In this document: positions 46,540-54,089 of the stretch, piece by piece
Layout: every line of letters begins with the position of its first letter
How positions within the stretch are numbered: the stretch's first letter is position 1
Virus record (IMG/VR): IMGVR_UViG_3300027747_001395
Reading direction: 5' to 3' (one strand)
Origin: a virus
Taxonomy: Duplodnaviria > Heunggongvirae > Uroviricota > Caudoviricetes
DNA: 64,000 nucleotides
Made by a program: the position numbers and the translations under genes
The notes under the pieces: generated by a model
Told to the model about the DNA's origin: nothing
Seen by the model: only the letters and a program-made list of their open reading frames with translations
Databases searched by the model: none

Positions 46540-46616
46540 GGACCCGTAACTCAATAGGTCAGAGTAACCGCCTTTTAAGCGGTAAGTTCTCGGTTCAAGT
46601 CCGAGCGGGTCCACCA
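46540..46616 (+). tRNA. tRNA-Lys (anticodon TTT)
   Basis: Acceptor ggacccg/cgggtcc plus CCA. D actc/gagt. Anticodon stem accgc/gcggt, loop ctTTTaa. T-arm ctcgg-ttcaagt-ccgag. Confidence 0.8.
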
Positions 46617-46678
46617 GTTAAGGGTTGCTACTTAATAGGCACGCGTAGACTCACGGTTAGGTCTACAACCAGTTTATG

Positions 46679-46754
46679 GTGGACATGGTGTAGTCGGAAG
46701 TCATACGGGCCTGTGAAGCCTGAGGAACGAGTTCGAACCTCGTTGTTCACCCCA
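46679..46754 (+). tRNA. tRNA-like element (anticodon arm unpaired) followed by duplicated minihelix
   Basis: Acceptor gtggaca/tgttcac plus CCA. T-arm acgag-ttcgaac-ctcgt. A second T-arm plus acceptor-3' plus CCA copy follows at about 46760-46800. Confidence 0.3.
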
Positions 46755-46802
46755 TTATTGAAAAGTGAGGGGATCGTTACCCCTACGTCACCCCAAATTA
46801 AT

Positions 46803-46877
46803 GCCCGTTTAGCTCAGTGGGAGAGCAACGAGCTGATAACTCGTAGGTCGGAAGTTCAATTCTTCCAGTGGGCACCA
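46803..46877 (+). tRNA. tRNA-Ile (anticodon GAT)
   Basis: Acceptor gcccgtt/agtgggc plus CCA. D gctc/gagc. Anticodon stem acgag/ctcgt, loop ctGATaa. T-arm ggaag-ttcaatt-cttcc. Confidence 0.75.
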
Positions 46878-46886
46878 AGAATTAAT

Positions 46887-46962
46887 GTCTCGTTGACAGA
46901 ATGGCAATTGTCGTGGTCTGCAAAACCATCGTACTCGGGTTCAATTCCCGAACGGGACTCCA
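46887..46962 (+). tRNA. tRNA-Cys (anticodon GCA)
   Basis: Acceptor gtctcgt/acgggac plus CCA. D gaca/tgtc. Anticodon stem gtggt/accat, loop ctGCAaa. T-arm tcggg-ttcaatt-cccga. Confidence 0.7.
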
Positions 46963-46975
46963 GTTTAGGATATAT

Positions 46976-47150
46976 GATGAAAGAAGAATGCTTTGGGAAT
47001 GCTTATGAAGACTGTGATAAGAAAGCAGAATATATAAGACATACTCAATTTGCAGGTTCACATTATCTTTGTGAACCTCATGCTCAAGAAGATGAGAACT
47101 TTATGAAAAATGATTCTTATACTTGTTGGGTTAAACTTAAAGAAATATGA
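46976..47150 (+). CDS. Small Cys/His-containing hypothetical protein
   Basis: C-terminal part of a track ORF whose 5' part overlaps three tRNAs. Confidence 0.3.
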
Positions 47151-47223
47151 GGGTGTCGTAGTTTGGGAACTGCGCTAGATTGCCAGTCTAGAGATGAGGG
47201 TTCGATTCCCTTCATCCTCTCCA
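47149..47223 (+). tRNA. tRNA-Gly (anticodon GCC)
   Basis: Acceptor gagggtg/catcctc plus CCA. Anticodon stem ctaga/tctag, loop ttGCCag. T-arm gaggg-ttcgatt-ccctt. Confidence 0.7.
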
Positions 47224-47304
47224 CCTTATGGGCATGTTAGGCAACCACCAACCATACGGCGCCCGGTATTTGGGTTCGAGTCCCATTATGTCCACCAGTT
47301 ATAT

Positions 47305-47378
47305 TGCCCTTTCCTCTAATGGTAAGAGAGCGGACTCTGAATCCGTCAATCAAGGTTCGAGTCCTTGAGGGGCAGCCA
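47305..47378 (+). tRNA. tRNA-Gln (anticodon CTG)
   Basis: Acceptor tgccctt/aggggca plus CCA. Anticodon stem gcgga/tccgt, loop ctCTGaa. T-arm caagg-ttcgagt-ccttg. Confidence 0.7.
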
Positions 47379-47394
47379 ATCAAGTGAGATTAAC

Positions 47395-47556
47395 ATGGAA
47401 GATCTTTTTGACTCACCTGAGTTTAAGAAAGCTTTTTGGGACTGGTTTGATAATCTCCCTAAAGCTGAACGTGCAAAGTTTCTAACTTACAAACACAATA
47501 TTGCAGAATTAAACTTCTATAATACAGTTTGGTCTAAGCGAGTACATAATGCTTAA
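47395..47556 (+). CDS. Small hypothetical protein
   Basis: 53 aa. The track start at 47365 overlaps the tRNA. Confidence 0.4.
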   Translation: MEDLFDSPEFKKAFWDWFDNLPKAERAKFLTYKHNIAELNFYNTVWSKRVHNA

Positions 47557-48829
47557 AAATATCTATATTCTATACATTGACAATAAAGACTCAATTTCTT
47601 ATAAAGATGATTGCGTTGGGACTTGTTTAAAGTTCAATTTTAATCCTATTCCAGTACTTGGTTATAATGGTGCTACATATCAAGAACTATGTAAGGAACT
47701 AGATGTTCCAATCATTCCCTTCTATGTAAATCAGATAAGTACTAAGTCTAAAGAAATTAACGGTGCATTCTCTTGTTCCGCAGGTCATTATCGTATTTGG
47801 CAAAAAATTGTCGAGTCTGGTGAGCCTGGCGTTGTTTTAGAGCATGATGCAATTGTTAAGTATGACTTTAGTTCAGTTGAACCTGTGGATAATGAAATTT
47901 TATGGCTTGGTCCTAGAATCGACTTAGAATACGACTACAATGTTCCATCTGATGTGTCGTATGATTATGTTGAGGTGGATAGATTCGAAGGTACTCACGC
48001 TTATGCTATCACACCAGCCACAGCAAGATATCTAATTTTTTGCTTTGAAAAGTATGGCTTTAATGATTCGCTTGATGGTCAACTTGGTATGCGAAACATG
48101 TTCGATCTTAAGATGCGGACACTTGATCCACCCCCAGTAGTAGCTGTAGTAGGTAACAGATCATCTTGTATTGAAACAAGTGGCAATCCTGGCTTTTGGA
48201 ATGCTTATAATACACAAAAGTTCTTAAAGTATGTTCGACCTGGGGCTAAGATTGCACCAGAACGAAAGCTTCATTACTCAAATAAGATATTTGATCTTCA
48301 GATTCCAGCACTTAATGTTGTTTTTGATAACTACTTTAATGCAGATCGAAAGCTTAATGTTCTGGTTCTTGGTGGTTATGAAGGTAGATCTACAGTCTGG
48401 CTATCTAATAAGCTATTAAGTCATAATGATAGTCAGATGCATGTTATAGGTTCATTTAGAGGAACTTATGAACAGAAGGAAGCTTATTGGCCTTCACAAG
48501 ATCTTGAACAATTGTTCAGATATCATACTTACTTTTCAAAGTATTACTACAAGCTTAATACAATTCCAGTAGAATCTACTAGTGTAATGCTTGAAGCTTT
48601 GACTGATCCTGATATTAAGTTTGATGTCATTTATGTTGATGGTGAACATGATCTTAAAAGTGTTCTTACTGATGCTATTCTAAGCTATAATCTATTAGCA
48701 GATAATGCATTACTCATTTTTGATGATATAAACATTGACAGTGTAAAACTTTCAGTTGACTTATTTGCTCAAACTGTTAATGTAAAGAATATACATAGAG
48801 ACAATTTAATTTCTGTGTATCGCAAATAA
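47549..48829 (+). CDS. Bifunctional glycosyltransferase family 25 / class I SAM-dependent methyltransferase
   Basis: N-terminal half has GAFSCSAGHYRIWQKI...VVLEHDAIV (GT25 LPS glycosyltransferase pattern). C-terminal half has VLVLGGYEGRST...IYVDGEHD...LLIFDDI (TylF/FkbM-like MTase fold). Confidence 0.55.
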   Translation: MLKNIYILYIDNKDSISYKDDCVGTCLKFNFNPIPVLGYNGATYQELCKELDVPIIPFYVNQISTKSKEINGAFSCSAGHYRIWQKIVESGEPGVVLEHDAIVKYDFSSVEPVDNEILWLGPRIDLEYDYNVPSDVSYDYVEVDRFEGTHAYAITPATARYLIFCFEKYGFNDSLDGQLGMRNMFDLKMRTLDPPPVVAVVGNRSSCIETSGNPGFWNAYNTQKFLKYVRPGAKIAPERKLHYSNKIFDLQIPALNVVFDNYFNADRKLNVLVLGGYEGRSTVWLSNKLLSHNDSQMHVIGSFRGTYEQKEAYWPSQDLEQLFRYHTYFSKYYYKLNTIPVESTSVMLEALTDPDIKFDVIYVDGEHDLKSVLTDAILSYNLLADNALLIFDDINIDSVKLSVDLFAQTVNVKNIHRDNLISVYRK

Positions 48830-48832
48830 CAT

Positions 48833-48903
48833 TCCCCGTTCGTTTAACGGCAGGACCGGTGGTTTTGAGCCATCAGATTGGGGTTCGAATCCCTGACGGG
48901 GAT
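48833..48903 (+). tRNA. tRNA-Gln-like (anticodon TTG), no encoded CCA
   Basis: Acceptor tccccgt/acgggga perfect. Anticodon stem ggtgg/ccatc, loop ttTTGag. T-arm tgggg-ttcgaat-ccctg. Confidence 0.5.
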
Positions 48904-48968
48904 CATAGAGTTCAGGATTTTATAAATAGAGCATATAAGACTCTTTTATAAAATCCTGGACTATAAAC

Positions 48969-49649
48969 ATGCAAAAGTATTATACAATTTATCAGATAAC
49001 AGACTTACTTAATAATAAAATTTATATCGGTAAACACGAAACATATGATCTTAATGATAATTACATGGGTTCTGGTAAATTATTAACTAGATCTCAAAAG
49101 AAACACGGTTTAGAAAATTTTAAGAAAGAACTTCTTTTCATATTTAGTTCAGAAGAAGAAATGAACTCTAAAGAAGCTGAACTTGTAACCGAGGACTTCT
49201 GCCTTCGTGAGGACACTTACAATATCTGTCCCGGAGGAAAAGGCGGTTGGGGTTATATTAATAAGAATGGAAAAAGAAATGGTTTGGAAGTAACCATGTT
49301 TGTTCTTGAATATAGAAAAATATTTTTTGATGGATTAAATAAGGGAAGAGTTACTCAAAAGATATTATGGAAACAAAATGGTTTATGGGCAGAAGAAAGA
49401 AGAAAAAAGGTTTCAGAAAGCAATAAAAATTATTATAATAATGGCGGTGTTAATGGATTTAGTGGTAAAATTCACACCGAAGAAACTAAGAAAAAAATGG
49501 GAATTGCAAATTCTCTTTCACAATCTGGTTCAAAAAATTCTCAATTTGGGTCAATATGGATTACAAATGGTACTGAGAATAAAAAAATAAAAAAGACAGA
49601 TATAATTCCTGAGAATTGGTATTCTGGAAGAAAATTAAACAACAAGTGA
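48969..49649 (+). CDS. GIY-YIG homing endonuclease with NUMOD-like C-terminal repeats
   Basis: IYQITDLLNNKIYIGKHET (GIY-YIG). Lys-rich repetitive DNA-binding tail. Preceded by TATAAATA and a 14-bp hairpin. Confidence 0.65.
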   Translation: MQKYYTIYQITDLLNNKIYIGKHETYDLNDNYMGSGKLLTRSQKKHGLENFKKELLFIFSSEEEMNSKEAELVTEDFCLREDTYNICPGGKGGWGYINKNGKRNGLEVTMFVLEYRKIFFDGLNKGRVTQKILWKQNGLWAEERRKKVSESNKNYYNNGGVNGFSGKIHTEETKKKMGIANSLSQSGSKNSQFGSIWITNGTENKKIKKTDIIPENWYSGRKLNNK

Positions 49650-49660
49650 AGGACTATATT

Positions 49661-49909
49661 ATGATTGATACTGATGCAACTACCACTGATGATCGGCTAC
49701 GCCTACTTATTGAACGTGTCGAGCGCCTACAAGATGAAAAGAAGGGCATTAGTGACGACATCAAGGATGTTTTTGGTGAAGCTAAAGCCACTGGGTATGA
49801 TACCAAGGCTATGAAGGAAATCATCAAGATCCGTAAGAAGTCACGTGATGATCGAATGGCTGAGGAAGCTATTCTTGAGACTTACAAATGCAGTCTTGGA
49901 ATAGATTGA
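49661..49909 (+). CDS. GapR-like DNA-binding protein (DUF2312)
   Basis: RLRLLIERVERLQDEKKGISDDIKDVFGEAKATGYDTKAMKEIIKIRKK...AILETY closely parallels Caulobacter GapR ([48 protein letters not shown]). Confidence 0.6.
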   Translation: MIDTDATTTDDRLRLLIERVERLQDEKKGISDDIKDVFGEAKATGYDTKAMKEIIKIRKKSRDDRMAEEAILETYKCSLGID

Positions 49910-50160
49910 CAAACGAAGAATTCTACAAACATGTGGCTGGGATACTTGATACTACCTACGACTGTAAACCATTCCCATGGACGTCTTCCAGACGCACCAG
50001 GTGGAACAACAGAGCTCCAGGTAGTGGTAGGTATCCCGGCTACGGGTTGATTAGGTGCTTTGGTGAGACTGTCCATGTCGCACTTCAAGATCCTCTAATC
50101 TCAAAAACTTTTAAAACAAAAGAAGAAGCAATGCTCTTTTTGGTTGACATTTTTCCATAG
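49888..50160 (+). CDS. Hypothetical protein
   Basis: 90 aa. The 3' end runs into the next promoter repeat, so its reality is uncertain. Confidence 0.35.
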   Translation: MQSWNRLTNEEFYKHVAGILDTTYDCKPFPWTSSRRTRWNNRAPGSGRYPGYGLIRCFGETVHVALQDPLISKTFKTKEEAMLFLVDIFP

Positions 50161-50195
50161 CCGTGGTAGACTAAATTATAAGGAATGGAGATCAA
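50144..50195 (+). promoter_or_regulatory. Promoter-family repeat
   Basis: Consensus copy. Confidence 0.55.
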
Positions 50196-50196
50196 T

Positions 50197-50394
50197 ATGA
50201 TTGCTTGTGATCTTATCAAAAAGCTCAAGAAGTTTCAAGGTCCGGTTTTTGTCGAACTTTCTAACTTTAATGACACTATGTATATACAGGCAGTTAAGAA
50301 AGATTTGATCAATTTGATCGAGACCAAGTTCGAATTGAATTCGGAGACTGGCTTTGAGATGGATGACTCAGGTTTTATGAGTAAGGATTACTGA
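50197..50394 (+). CDS. Hypothetical protein
   Basis: ATG after the leader. 65 aa. Confidence 0.45.
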   Translation: MIACDLIKKLKKFQGPVFVELSNFNDTMYIQAVKKDLINLIETKFELNSETGFEMDDSGFMSKDY

Positions 50395-50395
50395 T

Positions 50396-50518
50396 ATGCT
50401 TTGCGATTTTTGTGAAGAATACTTGGAAGTACATGGAACAGAACGGTCTGGTCACTGTTATGGTTGTGATTTTGTGAATGAAGATAAGACTTCTGAAGCT
50501 GATGAAGGTGAATTTTAA
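50396..50518 (+). CDS. Zinc-ribbon mini-protein (40 aa)
   Basis: CDFC...CYGC pairs. TGATATG overlap. Confidence 0.35.
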   Translation: MLCDFCEEYLEVHGTERSGHCYGCDFVNEDKTSEADEGEF

Positions 50519-50524
50519 GTTAAT

Positions 50525-50601
50525 GGACCTGTCTTAATAATAGGCTAATAGCGGGACTCTTAATCCTTGCGATCCGGGTTCGAGACCCGGCAGGTCCTCC
50601 A
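50525..50601 (+). tRNA. tRNA (anticodon CTT, Lys-like)
   Basis: Acceptor ggacctg/caggtcc perfect plus CCA. Anticodon loop cuCTTaa on a 4-bp stem. T-arm ccggg-ttcgaga-cccgg. Confidence 0.45.
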
Positions 50602-50738
50602 GTTAAACCGAGTTAGGCGGATATTAGAGCTCGTACTAGTCAACAATAGGATACGTATCCATTCCGTTTTGTTGTGTTCATAGTACTGCCGTGTGGGACA
50701 AAACTCGACCCACAGGGAATACGATAATTCCCATCTTT

Positions 50739-50815
50739 GTGACGGCGTGGTGTAAACGGTGAACACGCGGGTTTGTGGTACCCGAGTTAGGAGTTCGAAT
50801 CTCCTCGTCGCGACC
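50739..50815 (+). tRNA. tRNA-His-like (anticodon GTG), imperfect acceptor
   Basis: D gtgt/acac. Anticodon stem cgggt/acccg, loop ttGTGgt. T-arm aggag-ttcgaat-ctcct. CCA present. Confidence 0.45.
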
Positions 50816-50832
50816 AATTAGAAGGATTTAAA

Positions 50833-51249
50833 ATGCAATATAAAATGTACTGCATCTTTGCACTTGAATCTGTAAAGAAGATGAATGGAATTCGAGGTAA
50901 GATGTGTACTCAAGCAGGACACGCTTACCTCCATGCGTTTTGGGACGCTAACTATGCTGCTAATGTAGAACCGTTTACTACGGAAGAAGTATTAATTGCA
51001 AAACGCAAAGTAGATCAAGCACAGGCGTACTATAATAGTGACCGTGCATACAAGATTACGTTGATCGTAGATACTGTGGATGAACTCAAGACTCTACAAG
51101 AAAAGTACAAGAACATCTGCGGTACTAGTCTTGTAACTGATGCTGGGTTCACAGTATTCGATGAACCTACGACTACTTGCTTGGGTCTAGGTCCAATTGC
51201 AGAAGATAAAGTTGGTCCGGATCTTAGATCCCTTAAGACATTCACATAA
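50833..51249 (+). CDS. Peptidyl-tRNA hydrolase, PTH2 family
   Basis: GKMCTQAGHAYL (cf. GKxxAQCxHA) and LIVDT...DAGFTVFDEPTTTCLGLGP (cf. DAGxT.....T.laiGP). Confidence 0.6.
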   Translation: MQYKMYCIFALESVKKMNGIRGKMCTQAGHAYLHAFWDANYAANVEPFTTEEVLIAKRKVDQAQAYYNSDRAYKITLIVDTVDELKTLQEKYKNICGTSLVTDAGFTVFDEPTTTCLGLGPIAEDKVGPDLRSLKTFT

Positions 51250-51308
51250 ATAGAATTGGCGTTGATCCAGAGACTTAATGCGGGAAACGGACCGCGCCGA
51301 CAAATTTT

Positions 51309-51401
51309 GGAGTAGATAAGCGAGGCGGCCCTCGTCTTGGTTTTGAAAACCAAAGGTACCACTAAGACTGGTATTCGGATCGACACCGAACTGCTCCTCC
51401 A
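51309..51401 (+). tRNA. tRNA-Ser (anticodon TGA), type II
   Basis: Acceptor ggagtag/ctgctcc plus CCA. Anticodon stem ttggt/accaa, loop ttTGAaa. Long variable arm. T-stem ttcgg/ccgaa. Confidence 0.6.
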
Positions 51402-51409
51402 CTTTTTGG

Positions 51410-51462
51410 TTGACATATTTCTCGGTATGGATTATACATAATCTATAGGGAATGGAGTTTAA
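51410..51462 (+). promoter_or_regulatory. Promoter-family repeat (variant)
   Basis: TTGACAtatttctcggtatgGATTATACAtaatctataggg. Confidence 0.5.
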
Positions 51463-51463
51463 C

Positions 51464-51625
51464 ATGGTTTTGGTTGTTTACCGTTGCTATGACAACAAGG
51501 AAGAAGAGTCCATGTTTCTTATGGACTCTGAAGATGATGCAAAGGACTGGCTTGATACTAAGCCTGCTCGCCCTCTTGGTTTTGAGGACCGTGACGGTTA
51601 TTACTTCTTTGAAGCTTATCCGTAA
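51464..51625 (+). CDS. Small acidic hypothetical protein (53 aa)
   Basis: ATG directly after the conserved leader. Preferred over the TTG-initiated 102-aa track ORF in another frame. Confidence 0.4.
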   Translation: MVLVVYRCYDNKEEESMFLMDSEDDAKDWLDTKPARPLGFEDRDGYYFFEAYP

Positions 51626-51650
51626 GTTTAAGAAAAGTTTGGAGATCGAC

Positions 51651-51782
51651 ATGAAGCCGCGTAATCCAGTTGCAGGTAATGCTTGGAAATACAATGTTCC
51701 GAAGGTTGTGCCTGATAAGAAAACCACTTATCAGCGGCGCCGTCTTCGCAAGTTTGAATATGATCGCGTTTATGACGAATAA
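51651..51782 (+). CDS. Small basic hypothetical protein (43 aa)
   Basis: RBS ttggagatcgacATG. Confidence 0.4.
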   Translation: MKPRNPVAGNAWKYNVPKVVPDKKTTYQRRRLRKFEYDRVYDE

Positions 51783-51785
51783 TGC

Positions 51786-51863
51786 CAGTGGGTCAGGGAC
51801 CGGTCGGCTCTCATAAGGCTGACTAGGTGGGATCGTTACCCACTTCTGGCACCAAAAGGATTT
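51786..51863 (+). tRNA. tRNA-like element (loop cuCATaa flanked by direct not inverted repeat; T-loop atcgtta)
   Basis: Acceptor gccagtg/ttctggc (6/7) plus CCA. T-arm gtggg-atcgtta-cccac. The anticodon stem does not pair. Confidence 0.3.
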
Positions 51864-51867
51864 TGTT

Positions 51868-52077
51868 ATGACTGATTTGATTGCTGCAGTTCGTGAACAT
51901 GCACTTGCTAACTATGAGAAAGATGGTTGGGACTATTTGGTTGAGTGTTGGAGTGATGAGGATATTGCAAAAGAGATTGGAAGATCTAGAACAACTCAGG
52001 GTGCTATCTCAAAATGTCGCAGAGTTGTAAAACTTCTAGATGAACGTAGACAAGAAGTTCGAGCAGAAATTTGGTAA
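51868..52077 (+). CDS. Hypothetical protein
   Basis: RBS aaaaggattttgttATG. 69 aa. Confidence 0.45.
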   Translation: MTDLIAAVREHALANYEKDGWDYLVECWSDEDIAKEIGRSRTTQGAISKCRRVVKLLDERRQEVRAEIW

Positions 52078-52086
52078 TTAAGAATA

Positions 52087-52163
52087 TGGACGATTAGCAC
52101 AGTTGGTAGTTGCACGGGTCTTTTAAACCTGAGGTCCTGGGTTCGAACCCCAGATTGTCCACC
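52087..52163 (+). tRNA. tRNA-Lys (anticodon TTT), second copy
   Basis: Acceptor ggacgat/attgtcc plus CCA. Anticodon stem cgggt/acctg, loop ctTTTaa. T-arm ctggg-ttcgaac-cccag. Confidence 0.6.
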
Positions 52164-52184
52164 ACTTTACTTTTGGAGAATATT

Positions 52185-52394
52185 ATGGATTCTGATGCTT
52201 TTGCAAAGTTTGTCGGCTCAATTATAGCTAATATCATTCTAGGTTGTATTATGTCATTCCCTATAATGTGGCTATGGAATGATTCACTTGTTCCTGCTGT
52301 GACATGGGCTAAGGCTATTGACTGGTCATCAGCATTTGGTCTATGGATACTTGTTGGTATTTTCACCGGTGCTGTGCATACTACGTCTAAATAA
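52185..52394 (+). CDS. Small membrane protein (70 aa)
   Basis: RBS ttggagaatattATG. Three hydrophobic segments. The track start at 52110 overlaps the tRNA. Confidence 0.45.
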   Translation: MDSDAFAKFVGSIIANIILGCIMSFPIMWLWNDSLVPAVTWAKAIDWSSAFGLWILVGIFTGAVHTTSK

Positions 52395-52398
52395 GTCT

Positions 52399-52490
52399 GG
52401 AGTGTGAACCAGCCGAGGTGCTGGCACCGCTTGGAAAGCGGTTGGGACCTCTAAAACAGGTCTGGATGGCGGGAATCCCGCGCTCCTCCA
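52399..52490 (+). tRNA. tRNA-Ser (anticodon GGA), type II, non-canonical T-loop GGCGGGA
   Basis: Acceptor ggagtgt/gcgctcc plus CCA. Anticodon stem accgc/gcggt, loop ttGGAaa. Variable-arm hairpin gacct/aggtc. Confidence 0.55.
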
Positions 52491-52516
52491 TTATGAAAGA
52501 AAATTGACATGTGGAT

Positions 52517-52662
52517 TGTATTACAAATTTTACTTCTTATTCTTAATCTTGGTCTAGGATTTAATAACATTGCTAATAATATAAATCCATATATAATTGC
52601 TACATATTTCTTTGCCGCTGGATTTGCAGGAATGGGTGCTATTGCAATGGCACCAAAATAAT
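52517..52662 (+). CDS. Small membrane protein (48 aa)
   Basis: Hydrophobic ORF with a weak RBS. Competes with an antisense 71-aa ORF. Confidence 0.3.
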
Positions 52663-52772
52663 ACACGGAAGGTCAAGCAGTCGGGTGATTGTCACGGTTT
52701 GCTAAACCAGTGGGGCTATAGTGATATAGTCTGAGGATCGGGACCTCGGCCTTCCTCCACTGAAAGAATTTT

Positions 52773-52910
52773 ATGTCTAAGAAGAAAAAAGAAGAAACAA
52801 CAACACTTATGAAGTGTGCTGTTTGTACTTCTTGCTATAGATATAAAAACAGTAGAAGTGATAGATGCCATTTTGGTGGACCTTATTATGGATATGTTCA
52901 AGTAGAATAA
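52773..52910 (+). CDS. Small Cys-rich (Zn-finger-like) protein (45 aa)
   Basis: CAVCTSC...C.H pattern. Weak RBS. Confidence 0.3.
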   Translation: MSKKKKEETTTLMKCAVCTSCYRYKNSRSDRCHFGGPYYGYVQVE

Positions 52911-52912
52911 TT

Positions 52913-52987
52913 GCCCACATAGTTGTAACGGCAGAACGGGTCCTTGGTAAGGATCAAGTCGGAGTTCGATTCTCCGTGAGGGCACCA
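52913..52987 (+). tRNA. tRNA-Thr (anticodon GGT)
   Basis: Acceptor gcccaca/tgagggc (6/7) plus CCA. Anticodon stem ggtcc/ggatc, loop ttGGTaa. T-arm cggag-ttcgatt-ctccg. Confidence 0.65.
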
Positions 52988-53003
52988 GATATAAATAGAT
53001 TAT

Positions 53004-53082
53004 GCCTGTGTAGCCCAAATGGAAGAAGGCGAGGGGTTCAAAACCGCTTACAGTGTGAGTTCGAGTCTCACTACAGGCACCA
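53004..53082 (+). tRNA. tRNA (anticodon uncertain: CAA or TCA), long D region
   Basis: Acceptor gcctgtg/tacaggc plus CCA. T-arm gtgag-ttcgagt-ctcac. Candidate anticodon loop ttCAAaa. Confidence 0.4.
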
Positions 53083-53089
53083 AGTTAAT

Positions 53090-53166
53090 GCCCGGATACG
53101 CAAATTGGCAAAGCGATTAGGTCGAGAGCCTAATGTCTGAGGGTTCAAGTCCCTCTCCTGGCACCA
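53090..53166 (+). tRNA. tRNA (anticodon loop tcGAGag, C33; identity uncertain)
   Basis: Acceptor gcccgga/tcctggc (6/7) plus CCA. Anticodon stem ttagg/cctaa. T-arm gaggg-ttcaagt-ccctc. Confidence 0.45.
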
Positions 53167-53175
53167 GAATTATAT

Positions 53176-53250
53176 GTCTCTCTAGTTCACTAGTTAGAAT
53201 CCCAGATCGACATTCTGGAGAAGTAGGAGCGTAACCTACGAGAGATACCA
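53176..53250 (+). tRNA. tRNA-like (anticodon loop tcGACat; T-loop agcgtaa)
   Basis: Acceptor gtctctc/gagagat plus CCA. Anticodon stem ccaga/tctgg. T-arm gtagg-agcgtaa-cctac. Confidence 0.4.
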
Positions 53251-53334
53251 CTGATGACTAAAGTTTGGAGATTAAAAATGAACTACATGGAAAGCGATAT
53301 CTTCTAAGCTAACTTACTAGCTAGGAGATAAAAC

Positions 53335-53802
53335 ATGAACTACCTCTATCCTCTCATTGCTATCCACATCGATGGCAAACCTATTCTTCTTTATTCCAAC
53401 GATGCACTTGCTTCCTTCATTGGTAAGTACGGTCAGTTCACTGAACATCACGTTGATTACTACTATGATATTAGTTCTTTTATGTATCGTAGAAAGACCA
53501 ACGGCTGGATTGTTCGTGATGATCGTGGCAAAATTGTTAAGTACGACGATGTAGTTTCCTTTGGAACTAACTGGAAGTACTACAACAAACGGCAGGCTGA
53601 AATCCGAGGAATTGCTGCAAAGGGACTTCCTATTCCTCGTACTGGCACTAGCAAGGCTGGTTGGAAGATGAACCACGTTGCTAAGAAGAACAGCGGTTCT
53701 GGTCACCGCAATCGGAACCGTGCTCTTGCCATCTATGATGCTAAGGAATATGATGTTAAGAACAACGTCGGTAACAGAGTAATTCCCTACGAACATTGGT
53801 GA
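53335..53802 (+). CDS. Hypothetical protein
   Basis: RBS gctaggagataaaacATG. 155 aa. Confidence 0.5.
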   Translation: MNYLYPLIAIHIDGKPILLYSNDALASFIGKYGQFTEHHVDYYYDISSFMYRRKTNGWIVRDDRGKIVKYDDVVSFGTNWKYYNKRQAEIRGIAAKGLPIPRTGTSKAGWKMNHVAKKNSGSGHRNRNRALAIYDAKEYDVKNNVGNRVIPYEHW

Positions 53803-53806
53803 TAAG

Positions 53807-53975
53807 ATGAGTGACGAACATAGAATTAAACAATATGAATTTTGGTCTAAAGAGTCTAAAAAGTATCTGAATCTCTATGTTCAGAAATCCGTACTTGAAA
53901 AACTTCCACAATCTGAACTTGATGTGTATAGATATGCAATGTGGTATTGTCAAGAACAGACTAGAAAATGCTATT
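53807..53975 (+). CDS. Small hypothetical protein (55 aa)
   Basis: RBS ggtgataagATG. Confidence 0.4.
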
Positions 53976-53979
53976 AATC

Positions 53980-54071
53980 GGAGAGTAAACTAGCCGAGGT
54001 GCTAGTGCCGTTTCGAAAACGGCTGGGACCCCTAAGACGGGTCTGGGTGGCGGGAACCCTGCTCTCCTCCA
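53980..54071 (+). tRNA. tRNA-Ser (anticodon CGA), type II, T-loop GGCGGGA
   Basis: Paralog of the 52399 tRNA. Acceptor ggagagt/gctctcc plus CCA. Anticodon stem gccgt/acggc, loop ttCGAaa. Variable-arm hairpin gaccc/gggtc. Confidence 0.6.
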
Positions 54072-54089
54072 ACTTTTGGAGTTTATATT

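Noticed and set aside
46713-46975. 5' two-thirds of a 145-aa ORF
   Set aside because: It overlaps three well-formed tRNAs (Ile, Cys and a tRNA-like element). Only the C-terminal about 58 codons were kept as a low-confidence CDS.
50560-50817. Minus-strand 85-aa ORF
   Set aside because: It is antisense to the tRNA-Lys(CTT), hairpin and tRNA-His region.
51474-51782. TTG-initiated 102-aa ORF
   Set aside because: It is a frame alternative to two small ORFs. The first small ORF starts exactly at the ATG that follows the conserved leader, as in all other family members.
52716-53018. Minus-strand 100-aa ORF
   Set aside because: It is antisense to tRNA-Thr and the plus-strand Zn-finger mini-ORF.
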